From a virus (taxonomy: Duplodnaviria; Caudoviricetes): a stretch of DNA of 59,045 nucleotides. A model generated the notes under the pieces. That model had not been told where the DNA came from. It did not search any database and was given only the letters and a program-made list of their open reading frames with translations. Every line of letters starts with the position of its first letter. Positions within the stretch are counted from its first letter, which is position 1. Position numbers and translations under genes: made by a program. The stretch is taken from positions 1-59,045 of IMG/VR virus record IMGVR_UViG_3300034196_000113, one strand, 5' to 3'. This document shows positions 1-8,842 of the stretch, piece by piece.

Positions 1-173
1 CGCCTTCGCCCAGGGGGACGCCGGACCCTCGCCCCTGACCCTCGCCCAGGGGGACGCTCGCCTTCGCCCAGGGGGACGCCGGACCCTCGCCCCTGACCCT
101 CGCCCAGGGGGACGCTCGCCTTCGCCCAGGGGGACGCCGGACCCTCGCCCCTGACCCTCGCCCTGGGGGACGC
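1..173. repeat. Three tandem copies of a 58-bp GC-rich unit
   Basis: cgccttcgcccagggggacgccggaccctcgcccctgaccctcgcccagggggacgct at 1-58 and 59-116, near-identical copy at 117-173. Confidence 0.95.
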
Positions 174-372
174 GAACAAAAACCCCTCGCGGTTTTCGCC
201 CCTTAAATACCCGACATTTTCACTTAAAATACCCGACGGTTTCGCTTAGTAGACGCCACGTTGCGCGGGCGACCCGAGGACGCCGCGTGCTAGTAGACGG
301 ACAGTGGATTTTTAGTAGACTTTTCGTATACAACAGCCCTCCCAACTGGTCGTGGGAGCCCCTGGTTGGTTG

Positions 373-493
373 CATACATGGTCAAAAAGGGGCCTGGAGC
401 GGTTTCGAGAAAGCCCATACACGGTCGAAAAGGGGCCTGGACCGGTTGCGAAAAAGCCCCTGACCGGCCGCATACACGGTCGAAAAGGGGCCT
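373..493. repeat. Three dispersed ~23-bp direct repeats
   Basis: catac(a)(t/c)ggtc(a/g)aaaaggggcct at 373, 416 and 471; tagtagac also occurs x3 at ~247, 291 and 312. Confidence 0.85.
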
Positions 494-509
494 AAGCCGA
501 TTTCCAGTT

Positions 510-1394
510 TTACCGTTTCGCTTTCGCGAATCCTTCGGCAATCGCGCGGCTCAGTTGGCCCGACCATTTTGCTTTGAAGACCCGCCGCGAGACGCCGATG
601 AAGTCATAGCGCTGGCGATATTCGGGTGCGCCGCGGACGATGATTAGGATCGGGGCGATTTTTCCTTTGGCCCGCTGGCGCTCCCAGATCGCGCGAACGC
701 CGCGGATGGTCGCGACGAAATACTTGGAGCGCTGGGCCGGTTCGTCGGGGAGGATGCGCTTGCGCGCCCGGGTGCCGGGACGGTTGCTGATGGGGTCGAG
801 CATGGCGCCTTGGTCCGAGAGGATCTTCGTCCAGGTGCCGGGGGGCACGTTGCCGTAGCGGTCGAGTTTGATCTTGCCGGGCACAATGTATTCGTCGCTG
901 CGCAGAAGTCCGTGGGCGCGCAACGCATTCTCCACGCCCTTGGGCCGGCGGGGCCCGCCGCGGATCTGGGGCATGAGGTATTTGGCCGCGGCATTGTTGC
1001 TTGAAGACGAGCCGCGCAGGCGCTTGGAGACCCGATAGGTGCCGGTCTTTTTTTGGTTCTTGGACTGCTGCTCCATGCTCTGGCCCGAGTAGGCCGCGGC
1101 TGGCAGGCTTGGCATATCGTTTTCGGAGTCTTTGAGCCAGACGCGGGCCCAGGGTTCGGCTTTCGTGGCGCCCTGCATGTAGACCGAGCGCAACGTGAAA
1201 GGCGTCGGCCGGTCGAAGACCCGCTCCATTTCCCTCGGCTGTTCCTCTTTGATGTCTTTCGCGGTGCGCGTCAGTGCCACAACGGCCGCGAATCCGACGT
1301 TGCGAAGCGCCTGGTCGAGCTTGAGCTTGATCTGCCCGGGAGTGGGACCGCGACGGGTGACCGTGACGAGGTGGGAAAGGGCGCTATAAGCCAT
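510..1394 (-). CDS. Phage neck/tail-completion-like protein (gpZ-like)
   Basis: ALTRTA...FDRPTPFTLRS motif seen in lambdoid proteins usually encoded near the packaging region; likely start MAYSAL at 1394. Confidence 0.55.
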   Translation of the reverse strand: MAYSALSHLVTVTRRGPTPGQIKLKLDQALRNVGFAAVVALTRTAKDIKEEQPREMERVFDRPTPFTLRSVYMQGATKAEPWARVWLKDSENDMPSLPAAAYSGQSMEQQSKNQKKTGTYRVSKRLRGSSSSNNAAAKYLMPQIRGGPRRPKGVENALRAHGLLRSDEYIVPGKIKLDRYGNVPPGTWTKILSDQGAMLDPISNRPGTRARKRILPDEPAQRSKYFVATIRGVRAIWERQRAKGKIAPILIIVRGAPEYRQRYDFIGVSRRVFKAKWSGQLSRAIAEGFAKAKR

Positions 1395-1502
1395 AAAAAA
1401 AGGGGACCGGCGCAGGGAGTGGAGGGGGAGAGGGTTGCGCGCGGCCCCGCATAAGTGCAAGCGAGACGACAGGGACAGGAGAGAACAGTAACAGAATGGG
1501 TT

Positions 1503-1943
1503 CTATAAGTCCTCGGGCGGCGATTCAGGTTCCGAGAGGCTATCGGATTCTTCCAAAGGATAGACGGCCGCGACCATCACGATCATTTGGGCGATGAAGT
1601 CGCCGGCCACAATCTCCACTCGCTCGGTGCCGTGGTTGCGCATGTAGACATGGATCTCGCGCCGGCAGTCGCCATCGACTACGCCAGCCTCCACCACGCG
1701 CCCCTGTTGGGGGCCCGAGCTAAGGTCGCGGATCATCCCGAATTCCATCGTTGGTATCCCGATATCCGGGATGCCTTTGGCGCTGGCCGGGTCGATCTCC
1801 CAGGCGAACCCGGTTGGGATCTTGGCGACCTCCCCGGGGTCGATGACGGTGCCCTCGCTGGCCTGGAGGCGCCATCCTGGAGCCCCGCGGGCGATGCGCT
1901 GGGGCAACGGCAGTTGGTGATCGCCTACGCGTTGGATTCGCAT
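1503..1943 (-). CDS. dUTPase-like protein with degenerate motifs
   Basis: LPLP, IPTGF, GVVDGD, GDFIAQM follow the trimeric dUTPase fold; motif 5 (RGxxGFGSTG) is missing. Confidence 0.75.
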   Translation of the reverse strand: MRIQRVGDHQLPLPQRIARGAPGWRLQASEGTVIDPGEVAKIPTGFAWEIDPASAKGIPDIGIPTMEFGMIRDLSSGPQQGRVVEAGVVDGDCRREIHVYMRNHGTERVEIVAGDFIAQMIVMVAAVYPLEESDSLSEPESPPEDL

Positions 1944-2200
1944 CGGTCGTCGCGCTCCGGTTCAAGGTCTTCCAAGCCGCGTTCGATCTCTGGATGCAGC
2001 AGGGCCGCATCGGTGTAGTCCACACACCGTCTCCAGGTGCCGCGTCCGGGGATGCGTAGGCGATGCTTTGAGGCTCGCGCGCAGCGGTCGATGGTCCCGC
2101 CCGTCTTTCCGTCGCCCCGAAACGTCCCGGCGCGGTGATGGGCGCACCAGGCGCCCCCGCAGGTAATATCGGTTTCGATGGGCGGGAACTGGGAAGCCAT
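1925..2200 (-). CDS. Hypothetical Cys-containing protein
   Basis: 91-aa ATG ORF in the minus-strand operon, overlapping the next gene. Confidence 0.5.
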   Translation of the reverse strand: MASQFPPIETDITCGGAWCAHHRAGTFRGDGKTGGTIDRCARASKHRLRIPGRGTWRRCVDYTDAALLHPEIERGLEDLEPERDDRCESNA

Positions 2201-2222
2201 CGTCGCGCGGCCCCATTACTGC

Positions 2223-2741
2223 CTACGCGACCGGCATCCGCTTACCGCGCCGGCTGGCCGAGGGCGCCGCATCCGGATCGGCCGGATCCACGAATGCGGC
2301 CTGGGCCGCGGCCACGGGATCGCGTTGCCGGGCCGATTCATCCTTGGCGCGCTTGGCTTGGTCCTCCTTGACGGCGCGTTCCAATTGCTGGTCGAACAGA
2401 TCGAACTGGACCGGATCGCCGAGGGCGCGCCGGCCGACCTCGTAGCTAAGGTCGTAATTCACCTTGGCTTCGTCCTTGAGCTTGACGTAGCGCATGGCCG
2501 ACCTCAGGGCGTCTTTGTTGACCGCAAAGTCCGCGTTGAGCTGGGCGAAGATGGCGGTCTTGCTGGCCGTCAGTTCGATGCGCTTTTCGTCGATGTCTTC
2601 GACTTGGCGAACGGCTTCTCGGATCTTGTCGAGGAAGCCTTCGTCGGGGTTTTTCAGGATCTCCGACGGGGGGCCGGCACCCCCCGCTCCTGCTCGCCGG
2701 TCGGCTAGGTTCGACACGCTGGAATTGTTGGTTCTAGCCAC
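2223..2741 (-). CDS. GapR/DUF2312-like DNA-binding protein
   Basis: Helical segment IREAVRQVEDIDEKRIELTASKTAIFAQL...NKDALRSAMR resembles GapR. Confidence 0.55.
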   Translation of the reverse strand: MARTNNSSVSNLADRRAGAGGAGPPSEILKNPDEGFLDKIREAVRQVEDIDEKRIELTASKTAIFAQLNADFAVNKDALRSAMRYVKLKDEAKVNYDLSYEVGRRALGDPVQFDLFDQQLERAVKEDQAKRAKDESARQRDPVAAAQAAFVDPADPDAAPSASRRGKRMPVA

Positions 2742-3393
2742 TGCGGGCGCCTCCGGGTATTTTCAGGATTCCGAGGTTTTTGAAAATGCGGTACGTGAGA
2801 TTGATCGCGTAGCCGTTGCGCACTTGCCCGCCTGTGAAGCGCAACAGGGTCCACCCCAGGGCTTGGGCCTCGCCGTATTTCACGCAATCGGCCGTGAAAC
2901 CCTTGGTGCTGGTATGTCGCCCGTGCCCGGGAGCGCCTTCGATCTCCACTGCCATGCGCAGAGTTGGCCAGGCGAAATCCATTCTCCAATCGCGCAATCC
3001 ACTGGACAGCAGTAGGTCTTTGAAGTTGCCCTTGCCGACGTTGTTGCCGTCGATATCCCAGCCGGCCGCTTCCGCGCCGAACCTGTAGTTGCGCACCGGT
3101 TCGGGGAATCGCAGCGTGCGCAGTTGGGCGAGGAAGGGGACTTCCCACTTGTCGCGATCCGCCTTAGCCCGAGCGGAGCGCAGTTGCGCCGCGGCGCTCT
3201 TAGGCGCGGCAGCGGTCGTTGCTTTGACCGTCGGCTTGGGCTTGGGCTTTGACTGGGATTGGGATTGCGCAACGACGGTTGGCGGTTTCGCGTCGATGTC
3301 GAGGCCGAGCTGGAGCTGGAAGCGTTCATAGTCCGCGTCCGTACACTGATCTGCGAGCCGTGAGGCCCAAGGCGGGAGGATTGCGGAAGGCAT
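2734..3393 (-). CDS. PD-(D/E)XK endonuclease, DUF559/Vsr-like
   Basis: YRF...WRMDFAWP...AVEIEG...GRH...D..KY..A...GW.LLRFT. Confidence 0.75.
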   Translation of the reverse strand: MPSAILPPWASRLADQCTDADYERFQLQLGLDIDAKPPTVVAQSQSQSKPKPKPTVKATTAAAPKSAAAQLRSARAKADRDKWEVPFLAQLRTLRFPEPVRNYRFGAEAAGWDIDGNNVGKGNFKDLLLSSGLRDWRMDFAWPTLRMAVEIEGAPGHGRHTSTKGFTADCVKYGEAQALGWTLLRFTGGQVRNGYAINLTYRIFKNLGILKIPGGARSG

Positions 3394-3414
3394 TCGCTCG
3401 AGGACGATGCTCGA

Positions 3415-3876
3415 TCAGTGGCGAACGAGGCTGAGCAAATTGGCGATGCAGCGCAGGCCGGCGGCGCGTTGCTCGGGGGTGCGTCGCGAGTAGCCGGCGA
3501 TGGTCAGTCCGCGGTTGCGGGCCCGCTGGTCGTCGGGGTGGGACAGGGCGCAGGCGGTACGGAATTCGGCGATGCTCGGTGGCCAGGGGCAGGTTGCGCG
3601 GCAGATCGACAGTCCGCGGGCGATTTCCTCTGGCGTGGCGCCGGCCAGTCCCTCGGCCCATTCGAGTGCAAGCACTTCGGTCGCAAAGCCGGCAATGTTC
3701 TTTTCCCATTTCACGCCCCAGATCATGGCGAAATGCTCTAAGAGCAGGGCGATCTCGGATTCAAAATGGAAGTTTGCCGCCGGGGAAGAGGCTCTTAAGG
3801 TGCTCGAATTTAAGTCGGTGTTGTTCTTTTCGCTGTTCGTTGAGAGTGAATGCGTCTGGGGTGTGGGCTGTGCCAT
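3415..3876 (-). CDS. Replication protein P-like helicase loader
   Basis: EWAEGLAG...IARGL..CR...WPPSIAEFR..C motif; directly downstream of the O-like gene. Confidence 0.7.
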   Translation of the reverse strand: MAQPTPQTHSLSTNSEKNNTDLNSSTLRASSPAANFHFESEIALLLEHFAMIWGVKWEKNIAGFATEVLALEWAEGLAGATPEEIARGLSICRATCPWPPSIAEFRTACALSHPDDQRARNRGLTIAGYSRRTPEQRAAGLRCIANLLSLVRH

Positions 3877-4972
3877 TGGTCTTTCCACCGGGGTTGCTAT
3901 TGAGCGGCGTGTCGAGCTGACCGATGTAGTTTTCGCAATTGCTGGATCGGAATAGCGTGGCGGGTCGCAGGTATTGCCGCATGGCGTCGTCCGATCCCCA
4001 TTCCGCCGTCTTGCGGTCGATGACCCGTAACAGTTCCGACTTACCGTAATCCAGGATGCGCGCTTTGGCTAGGGCGGCGCCAGCCGTCGCCTTGCCGGTG
4101 TTCGTGCGGCTGCGGAAGGCGGTTCCGGCTTTCGCGTTGAGGTAATCGTACACATCGTCCACATCGTGCATCGTCGGGCTACTGCCCGACAAATGTGGAG
4201 GTTGCGGTTGGTGTTCGGGGATCGGCGCGGGGGGGGACAGGGGGAGGTCTTTTTGTTTACCTTCTTTGTTTATGTCTAATGATCGCGCGCGCGAGGCAAG
4301 CGTGTCCGAGCAATCTTTGACCACTTCGGGGGCAAAATCGGGGGCGAAAGGGGCGGGGGGGGTGCAATGGGTTGCATCGGGGGAAGTCCGGGGGGTGCAA
4401 CCGGTTGCATCGGGGAATCCCCGGGGGGTGCAACCGGTTGCATCGGGGAATCCCCGGGGGTGCAACTGGTTGCATCGGGCAATCTCCCAGGTGGGTGGTG
4501 GATTGGATGGCTCAGGCGCCGCATTATTGTTCATAAGCACCGGCCCTATTCGGATCGTGGTCGCGTAATCATACACAGCCCAGCTACTCTTGGGTTCGGG
4601 AACGGATGAAGGAGGGGGATTGGACGGGCGTCGAGCGCTATCGCCCCGTGTTCTTTCACGTAGTTTCTTATCCGACAATCGGTCGGTCGCCGGGGCTATA
4701 TCCCCGACCGCAAGACGGTAAACCGGGGCCCTTCCAGGCGTGCGCTCCAACGTCAATAAACCCCCCGTTTCCAGGCTTAGAATGCAGTACCGGATGGCGC
4801 GCTTCGTCAGTCCGATGTCCCGCTCCAGCCGTTTCATATTCGGCACGGCAATGTGATCCCCGGTGTTGTCGTCACCCCGGCTCGCCTGTCTGGCGAGCGA
4901 CACGAGGATAAATTTCGCGCTTGGATTCGCAATCTCTTGGCCATAAGCCCAGTTCATCGCCGCATCGCTCAT
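3761..4972 (-). CDS. Phage replication initiator (O-like) with N-terminal HTH and conserved phage C-terminal domain
   Basis: MS..AMNWA...SAKFILVSLA N-terminus; YLN.KAG..FR...W..D..M.QYLRP.TLF C-terminus; internal iterons. Confidence 0.8.
   Translation of the reverse strand: MSDAAMNWAYGQEIANPSAKFILVSLARQASRGDDNTGDHIAVPNMKRLERDIGLTKRAIRYCILSLETGGLLTLERTPGRAPVYRLAVGDIAPATDRLSDKKLRERTRGDSARRPSNPPPSSVPEPKSSWAVYDYATTIRIGPVLMNNNAAPEPSNPPPTWEIARCNQLHPRGFPDATGCTPRGFPDATGCTPRTSPDATHCTPPAPFAPDFAPEVVKDCSDTLASRARSLDINKEGKQKDLPLSPPAPIPEHQPQPPHLSGSSPTMHDVDDVYDYLNAKAGTAFRSRTNTGKATAGAALAKARILDYGKSELLRVIDRKTAEWGSDDAMRQYLRPATLFRSSNCENYIGQLDTPLNSNPGGKTNGTAHTPDAFTLNEQRKEQHRLKFEHLKSLFPGGKLPF
4361..4479. repeat. 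Four palindromic iterons inside the O-like gene (putative lytic origin)
   Basis: ggtgcaaNNNgttgcatcggg at 4361, 4394, 4427 and 4459 (spacing 33/33/32). Confidence 0.8.
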
Positions 4973-4981
4973 TGCCGTCCC

Positions 4982-5350
4982 CTAGCATTGGCGCCGACGC
5001 GCGTTGAGTTCGTTGTCCCTGATGCGCTGGTTACGCGAGATTTCGATGAAAGCGGCTTGGACATCCGGGTTCATTGGAATCGACTTGTCGCCGCGCAGGT
5101 AGCGGTCGATGAAATACGCGTCGTCCACTCCGACCGTGGCGCAGGCCTCCAGGCCGCGGGCGACGAACTCGACGGGGGAGCCGAACTCGTCGGCCAGGGC
5201 GGCGGCTTTGGCCCACGAGAAGCGCTCGGCTAGCTCGGGGGCGTCGAGGATGCGGATGTTCTGCGAGGTGTAGGAAGGGTCGTCTGGGGGGGCCTGGGGG
5301 GCGTCGGACGGGTCTGGGGTGCGATCTAGCGCATGATCTGTCTCGGTCAT
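4982..5350 (-). CDS. Hypothetical protein
   Basis: 122-aa ATG ORF with normal composition, upstream of the O-like gene. Confidence 0.6.
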   Translation of the reverse strand: MTETDHALDRTPDPSDAPQAPPDDPSYTSQNIRILDAPELAERFSWAKAAALADEFGSPVEFVARGLEACATVGVDDAYFIDRYLRGDKSIPMNPDVQAAFIEISRNQRIRDNELNARRRQC

Positions 5351-6227
5351 GGGGAGGGTCCAGGGGTAAGGGGTAAATCCGGGCGCGCGAAATCCTTCCG
5401 GCGCAAAGGATTATGGCCGGTGCGGGGATTGTCGCGGCGTGGAAGTCGCACGCGAACGAACGGAACCGGGGCGCGGGGGCGTTGCTGGGGGCCATAACGC
5501 CGGCTCTTCTGCGTGCGGGGGAACGGCGAGGGCTCCAGGGGTACAATCAATCCTGGGGTGTGTCGCTGTCGCGTCGCCGGCTCTGGGACGCACTGGGGCC
5601 GGGGGATTGCAGCCGGCCCGAGACAGGGGCGAAAGGTTTGGACGAGCGGCGTTGCTGCGCAGTTCCGAAACCGGCCGCTAAACGGCGCTCTGAGCGCCCG
5701 AGCGGGCGACCCGCTACTCCCCTACCGGCCCCCCGGTCGTGAAACGCCTGCGCAAGCCGTCCGTGCGTCCCGGGAGGCATCGCGGACCCCTTCCGAGGGC
5801 TCCCCAAAGGCACCGACCGAATTTTCCGGCTTTCCGGATGTCCGTCTTTCTTGAAGGGCCCACCGGTTGCTGGTGCGCGGTGTCCAACGAGTCGTCGGCG
5901 TCATGCGGCGACCGTTGGGCCCTTCCCTCCCCTCCCCTCCCCTCTTGGTCCCCTCCCCCTCTTCGGCTTTCCCGCTTCGGCCCCTCTGCGCCCCGGTGCC
6001 TTCCGGCGTGCCCGGGAGCCGTCCGCATCCTCCCCGTCGGCAGCCTCTTCGATTCGGATCTGTCCGCACCCTGGGTGTAGGGGGCGGGCTGGGATCTTGA
6101 CGCGCGGATCTGGTTTTTTTTGGGCGCGATTTCCAAGGAAGCGCGCACGCTCGCGTTTTCCGTTTTAAGGTTTTAGAGTTTTAGAGAGGTTTTTCGCCAT
6201 TAAAATCAGTGGGCTACAGGGGTATAT

Positions 6228-6290
6228 GTGGACAAATCTCCTGTTCAAAGTGGACAAATCTCCTGTTCAAAGTGGACAAATCTCCTGTTC
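6228..6290 (+). repeat. Plasmid origin iterons, 3 x 22 bp
   Basis: gtggacaaatctcctgttc(aaa) at 6228, 6250 and 6272, preceded by a T-rich tract at ~6160-6210. Confidence 0.92.
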
Positions 6291-6316
6291 TATGTGACAT
6301 TATTTGAGCGTGTCCC

Positions 6317-6325
6317 TGTGGATAA
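6317..6325 (-). promoter_or_regulatory. DnaA box
   Basis: TGTGGATAA is the reverse complement of consensus TTATCCACA; lies between the iterons and rep. Confidence 0.8.
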
Positions 6326-6345
6326 CTTTTAGCCTGCGGATAACC

Positions 6346-7224
6346 ATGACTCCTGCCGATAGCTCGCTCGTCACTCAAGCAAACCAAGTTGTTGAATCGT
6401 CTTACAAATTGACGCTGGCCGAGAAGCGCCTAATCCTCGTCGTGTTGACGAAGATCGACAGCCACCCCGACAAGCCCGCGGCACGGCCGGAAACGCTGAT
6501 CGAGATCGACGCAAGCGAGGTATCGGCGCATTTGCACCTGCCGCAGAGCGAGGCATATTTGATGCTCAAGGAAGCCGCGGATCGTCTGGCCGAGCGCTGG
6601 ATCATTATCGACCGGCCCCACCCCAGGAAGCCGAAGATGAAGCAGACCAAGACCCGTTGGGTGTCGGCGATTTCCTACATACCGGACGAAGGCAAGGTGC
6701 TTCTGCGCTTAGCCGAGGACGTGCTTCCGTATCTCACGCATCTGGCCGGCGAGTTTGTCCGCTACAGCATCGACCAAGTCGCCGATATGTCGTCGGTTTA
6801 CGCGATCCGGTTCTATGAGTTGCTGTTGCAATGGCTGGGGGAAGGTCAACGCGACGTTCCGCTTGACTGGCTGCGGGAAAAATTCGCGCTTCCCGATTCC
6901 TATAGCAACATTCGCGACTTGAAGCGCCGGGTTGTCGATCCTGCCGTAGAGCAGATCAACCTACATAGCAACCTCGAGGTTTCCTACGTACAGCGCAAGC
7001 GCGGGCGAATCGTGCAGTCGTTTCTTTTCACGTTCGGTGTCAAACAAGAACCCAAGCCGGCGCCCGCCGCCAAGCGTTCTCCCCGCACCAACAAGAAGGC
7101 GGAAACAGAAGCCCGGATAACCGCCGCGGCCAAGCCCGGCGAAACCCGCGAGCAGGTAATAGATCGGCTGGAACAGCTCCGCAAGCTCAAGGACGCCGTG
7201 AACGCCCCGGCGCCTAAGCCTTGA
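6346..7224 (+). CDS. repB: Plasmid replication initiator, Rep_3/RepB family
   Basis: LVTQANQVVESSYKLTLAEKRLI, RWVSAI.Y, S.YAIRFYELL.QW, DLKRRVVDPAVEQIN motifs; adjacent iterons. Confidence 0.92.
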   Translation: MTPADSSLVTQANQVVESSYKLTLAEKRLILVVLTKIDSHPDKPAARPETLIEIDASEVSAHLHLPQSEAYLMLKEAADRLAERWIIIDRPHPRKPKMKQTKTRWVSAISYIPDEGKVLLRLAEDVLPYLTHLAGEFVRYSIDQVADMSSVYAIRFYELLLQWLGEGQRDVPLDWLREKFALPDSYSNIRDLKRRVVDPAVEQINLHSNLEVSYVQRKRGRIVQSFLFTFGVKQEPKPAPAAKRSPRTNKKAETEARITAAAKPGETREQVIDRLEQLRKLKDAVNAPAPKP

Positions 7225-7423
7225 CCAACTGCTCTGGCAAACACCCTTGCGCGGTTGTTTTGTCCCACCCGAGAACGCCCGTCTCCTGGTCGAAGCGGAC
7301 AAAAACATACACGGCGTTGTGGCTACTTACGGTCCCTTGCTCGCAGTCGGGGTGGTTTACGCTGTCGGCATGGTTCGGTACATAGATCACACGCTGCCCG
7401 TCTTCGACCTCTTCGATGTTCAT
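7214..7423 (-). CDS. Hypothetical SH3-like small protein
   Basis: 69 aa, GQRVIYVP...EQGTVSS...VFVRFD. Confidence 0.6.
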   Translation of the reverse strand: MNIEEVEDGQRVIYVPNHADSVNHPDCEQGTVSSHNAVYVFVRFDQETGVLGWDKTTAQGCLPEQLVKA

Positions 7424-7707
7424 CGCGTGTCGGTCTTCTTCCTAGGCCCCGGCAGAATCCCCGCGCCCGCCTGCCCGACCGTGCTCGGGGCAGGTTCCGC
7501 CCGGGGGATGTCGTCGAGGGCGAACAGGTTGCCCGGGGGGATCGCGTAGGGCACCCCGTCGACCTCTATGGTGTGGCGCCGACCGATCTTTTTGGACCCC
7601 AAGGCGACCACGGTGCCGATCTTGTCGTGAAGGTACGACGCTCGGTTGGTCGTGCGGCTTCCGTAGCGGATCCGCACGCGGGTTCCTATTTCCGGCCAGC
7701 TCAGCAT
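7420..7707 (-). CDS. Hypothetical protein
   Basis: Likely start MLSWPEIGTRVRI at 7707; overlaps both neighbours. Confidence 0.55.
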   Translation of the reverse strand: MLSWPEIGTRVRIRYGSRTTNRASYLHDKIGTVVALGSKKIGRRHTIEVDGVPYAIPPGNLFALDDIPRAEPAPSTVGQAGAGILPGPRKKTDTR

Positions 7708-8057
7708 ACCGAGACGATCCTTGGTGGAGGGGTGGGCACCACCACTTCGGCTCCCGGCCGCGGTTTCGGTTCCGGCCCGTAAACGGGAAGGGGCTTGCGC
7801 GCGGCATCCAGATGGGCGAACACCCGCTCGATCTTGAGAACGCCGGGGTCTTCGATCTCGCGCCGCTCCAGCTTGCGCAGCCACTCCAGCCCCACGTCGC
7901 TTTGCCGCCCGATCTGTGCCAGCACCGCGGATTTCGACCTCCCGTCGGCCAGCGCCGCGCGCACCGACTTATCGAGTAACTTGTACGTTCGGTGTAAGAG
8001 CGAGGACGCGGGGATCGGGGCGCGTTTTGTTGATGGCGATGCGTTCTTTCTTCTCAT
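7701..8057 (-). CDS. Cro/XRE-like HTH regulator
   Basis: LAQIGRQSDVGLEWLRKLERREIEDPGVLKIERV is an HTH; first gene of the leftward early operon. Confidence 0.7.
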   Translation of the reverse strand: MRRKNASPSTKRAPIPASSLLHRTYKLLDKSVRAALADGRSKSAVLAQIGRQSDVGLEWLRKLERREIEDPGVLKIERVFAHLDAARKPLPVYGPEPKPRPGAEVVVPTPPPRIVSVC

Positions 8058-8154
8058 AATGCGCAGAATCTCTAAGATATTTGGCCGCTGGCCAACGACT
8101 AGACTGTTATCCGGCTGCATTGTACCGGGGAAAAGATTCCCGGGCGAGGACACG

Positions 8155-8445
8155 AGCCGTATCGAGCGCGAGAACCGTCTAAGTAGTGCGACCAGCCGTT
8201 GAGTCGAGAGTACCGGGGTCGAAAGCGAAGCCGTGTGGAAAGAGGGAACCGGAGCGACTACGCGATAGCCGCAACGTCAACGAGAATCGAACTACCCGTG
8301 CGATAGTCGTGCAGTCGAAGAGTACCGGTCTGAAGACGCGACACTCAGCCGCTCCAGCGACGCGAATCGAGGGACAAGAGCGACAGCCGTCTTTCCAGTG
8401 AGGACCGGTTCGGATGCGCGACATCCCGAAAAGGATACGTGAAAA
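8155..8445 (+). ncRNA. TIGR-like dual-repeat guide array, block 1a (~7 units plus a partial unit)
   Basis: AGCCG-N9-YGAGAACCG-N9-YGCGA units, e.g. agccg tatcgagcg cgagaaccg tctaagtag tgcgacc. Confidence 0.85.
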
Positions 8446-8450
8446 TACTG

Positions 8451-8479
8451 TTGTCACGGTAATGTTTTGTTGGTAGGAT
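8451..8479 (+). promoter_or_regulatory. Sigma70-like promoter inside the array locus
   Basis: TTGTCA-17 bp-TAGGAT with extended -10 TG, followed by a leader hairpin. Confidence 0.65.
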
Positions 8480-8511
8480 TTTCCCGGTGGCAGGGATGCC
8501 GCTGGCCAATG

Positions 8512-8628
8512 AGCCGGGTAAAATGCGAGAACCGTTGGTAAAGCGCGACAAGTCGTGTTCGATACCAGAACCGAACCAGCGATGCGATAAGTCTTGCTCG
8601 TTGTGCGAATCGTAAACAATGCGCGAAA
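8512..8628 (+). ncRNA. TIGR-like array block 1b (3 units)
   Basis: Same dual-repeat units as block 1a. Confidence 0.85.
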
Positions 8629-8632
8629 GCTA

Positions 8633-8842
8633 ATGACGAACGACCCCGACGACAATCCCCCGTCTCCGAGTTATGACGACCCGGTATTCTTCACGCCAGG
8701 TTGCACGGTGCTGTATCAAGAAGTCGCCTGGGTGGTCCGCCGCGTCAATGTCGGAGCGGACGGGAAGGTCTACTCGCTGAACATCGACCGGCCTGGGGTG
8801 ACGACGTGCGTGGGGCCGAGTCATGTGATTAGGGTTGAGTGA
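8633..8842 (+). CDS. Small hypothetical protein embedded between array blocks
   Basis: 69-aa ATG ORF exactly filling the repeat-free gap; its TGA overlaps the next AGCCG. Confidence 0.65.
   Translation: MTNDPDDNPPSPSYDDPVFFTPGCTVLYQEVAWVVRRVNVGADGKVYSLNIDRPGVTTCVGPSHVIRVE

Noticed and set aside
8059-8086. dif-like Xer site
   Set aside because: Only the XerC-like arm (aatgcgcagaa) resembles dif; no TTATGTTAAAT-like XerD arm
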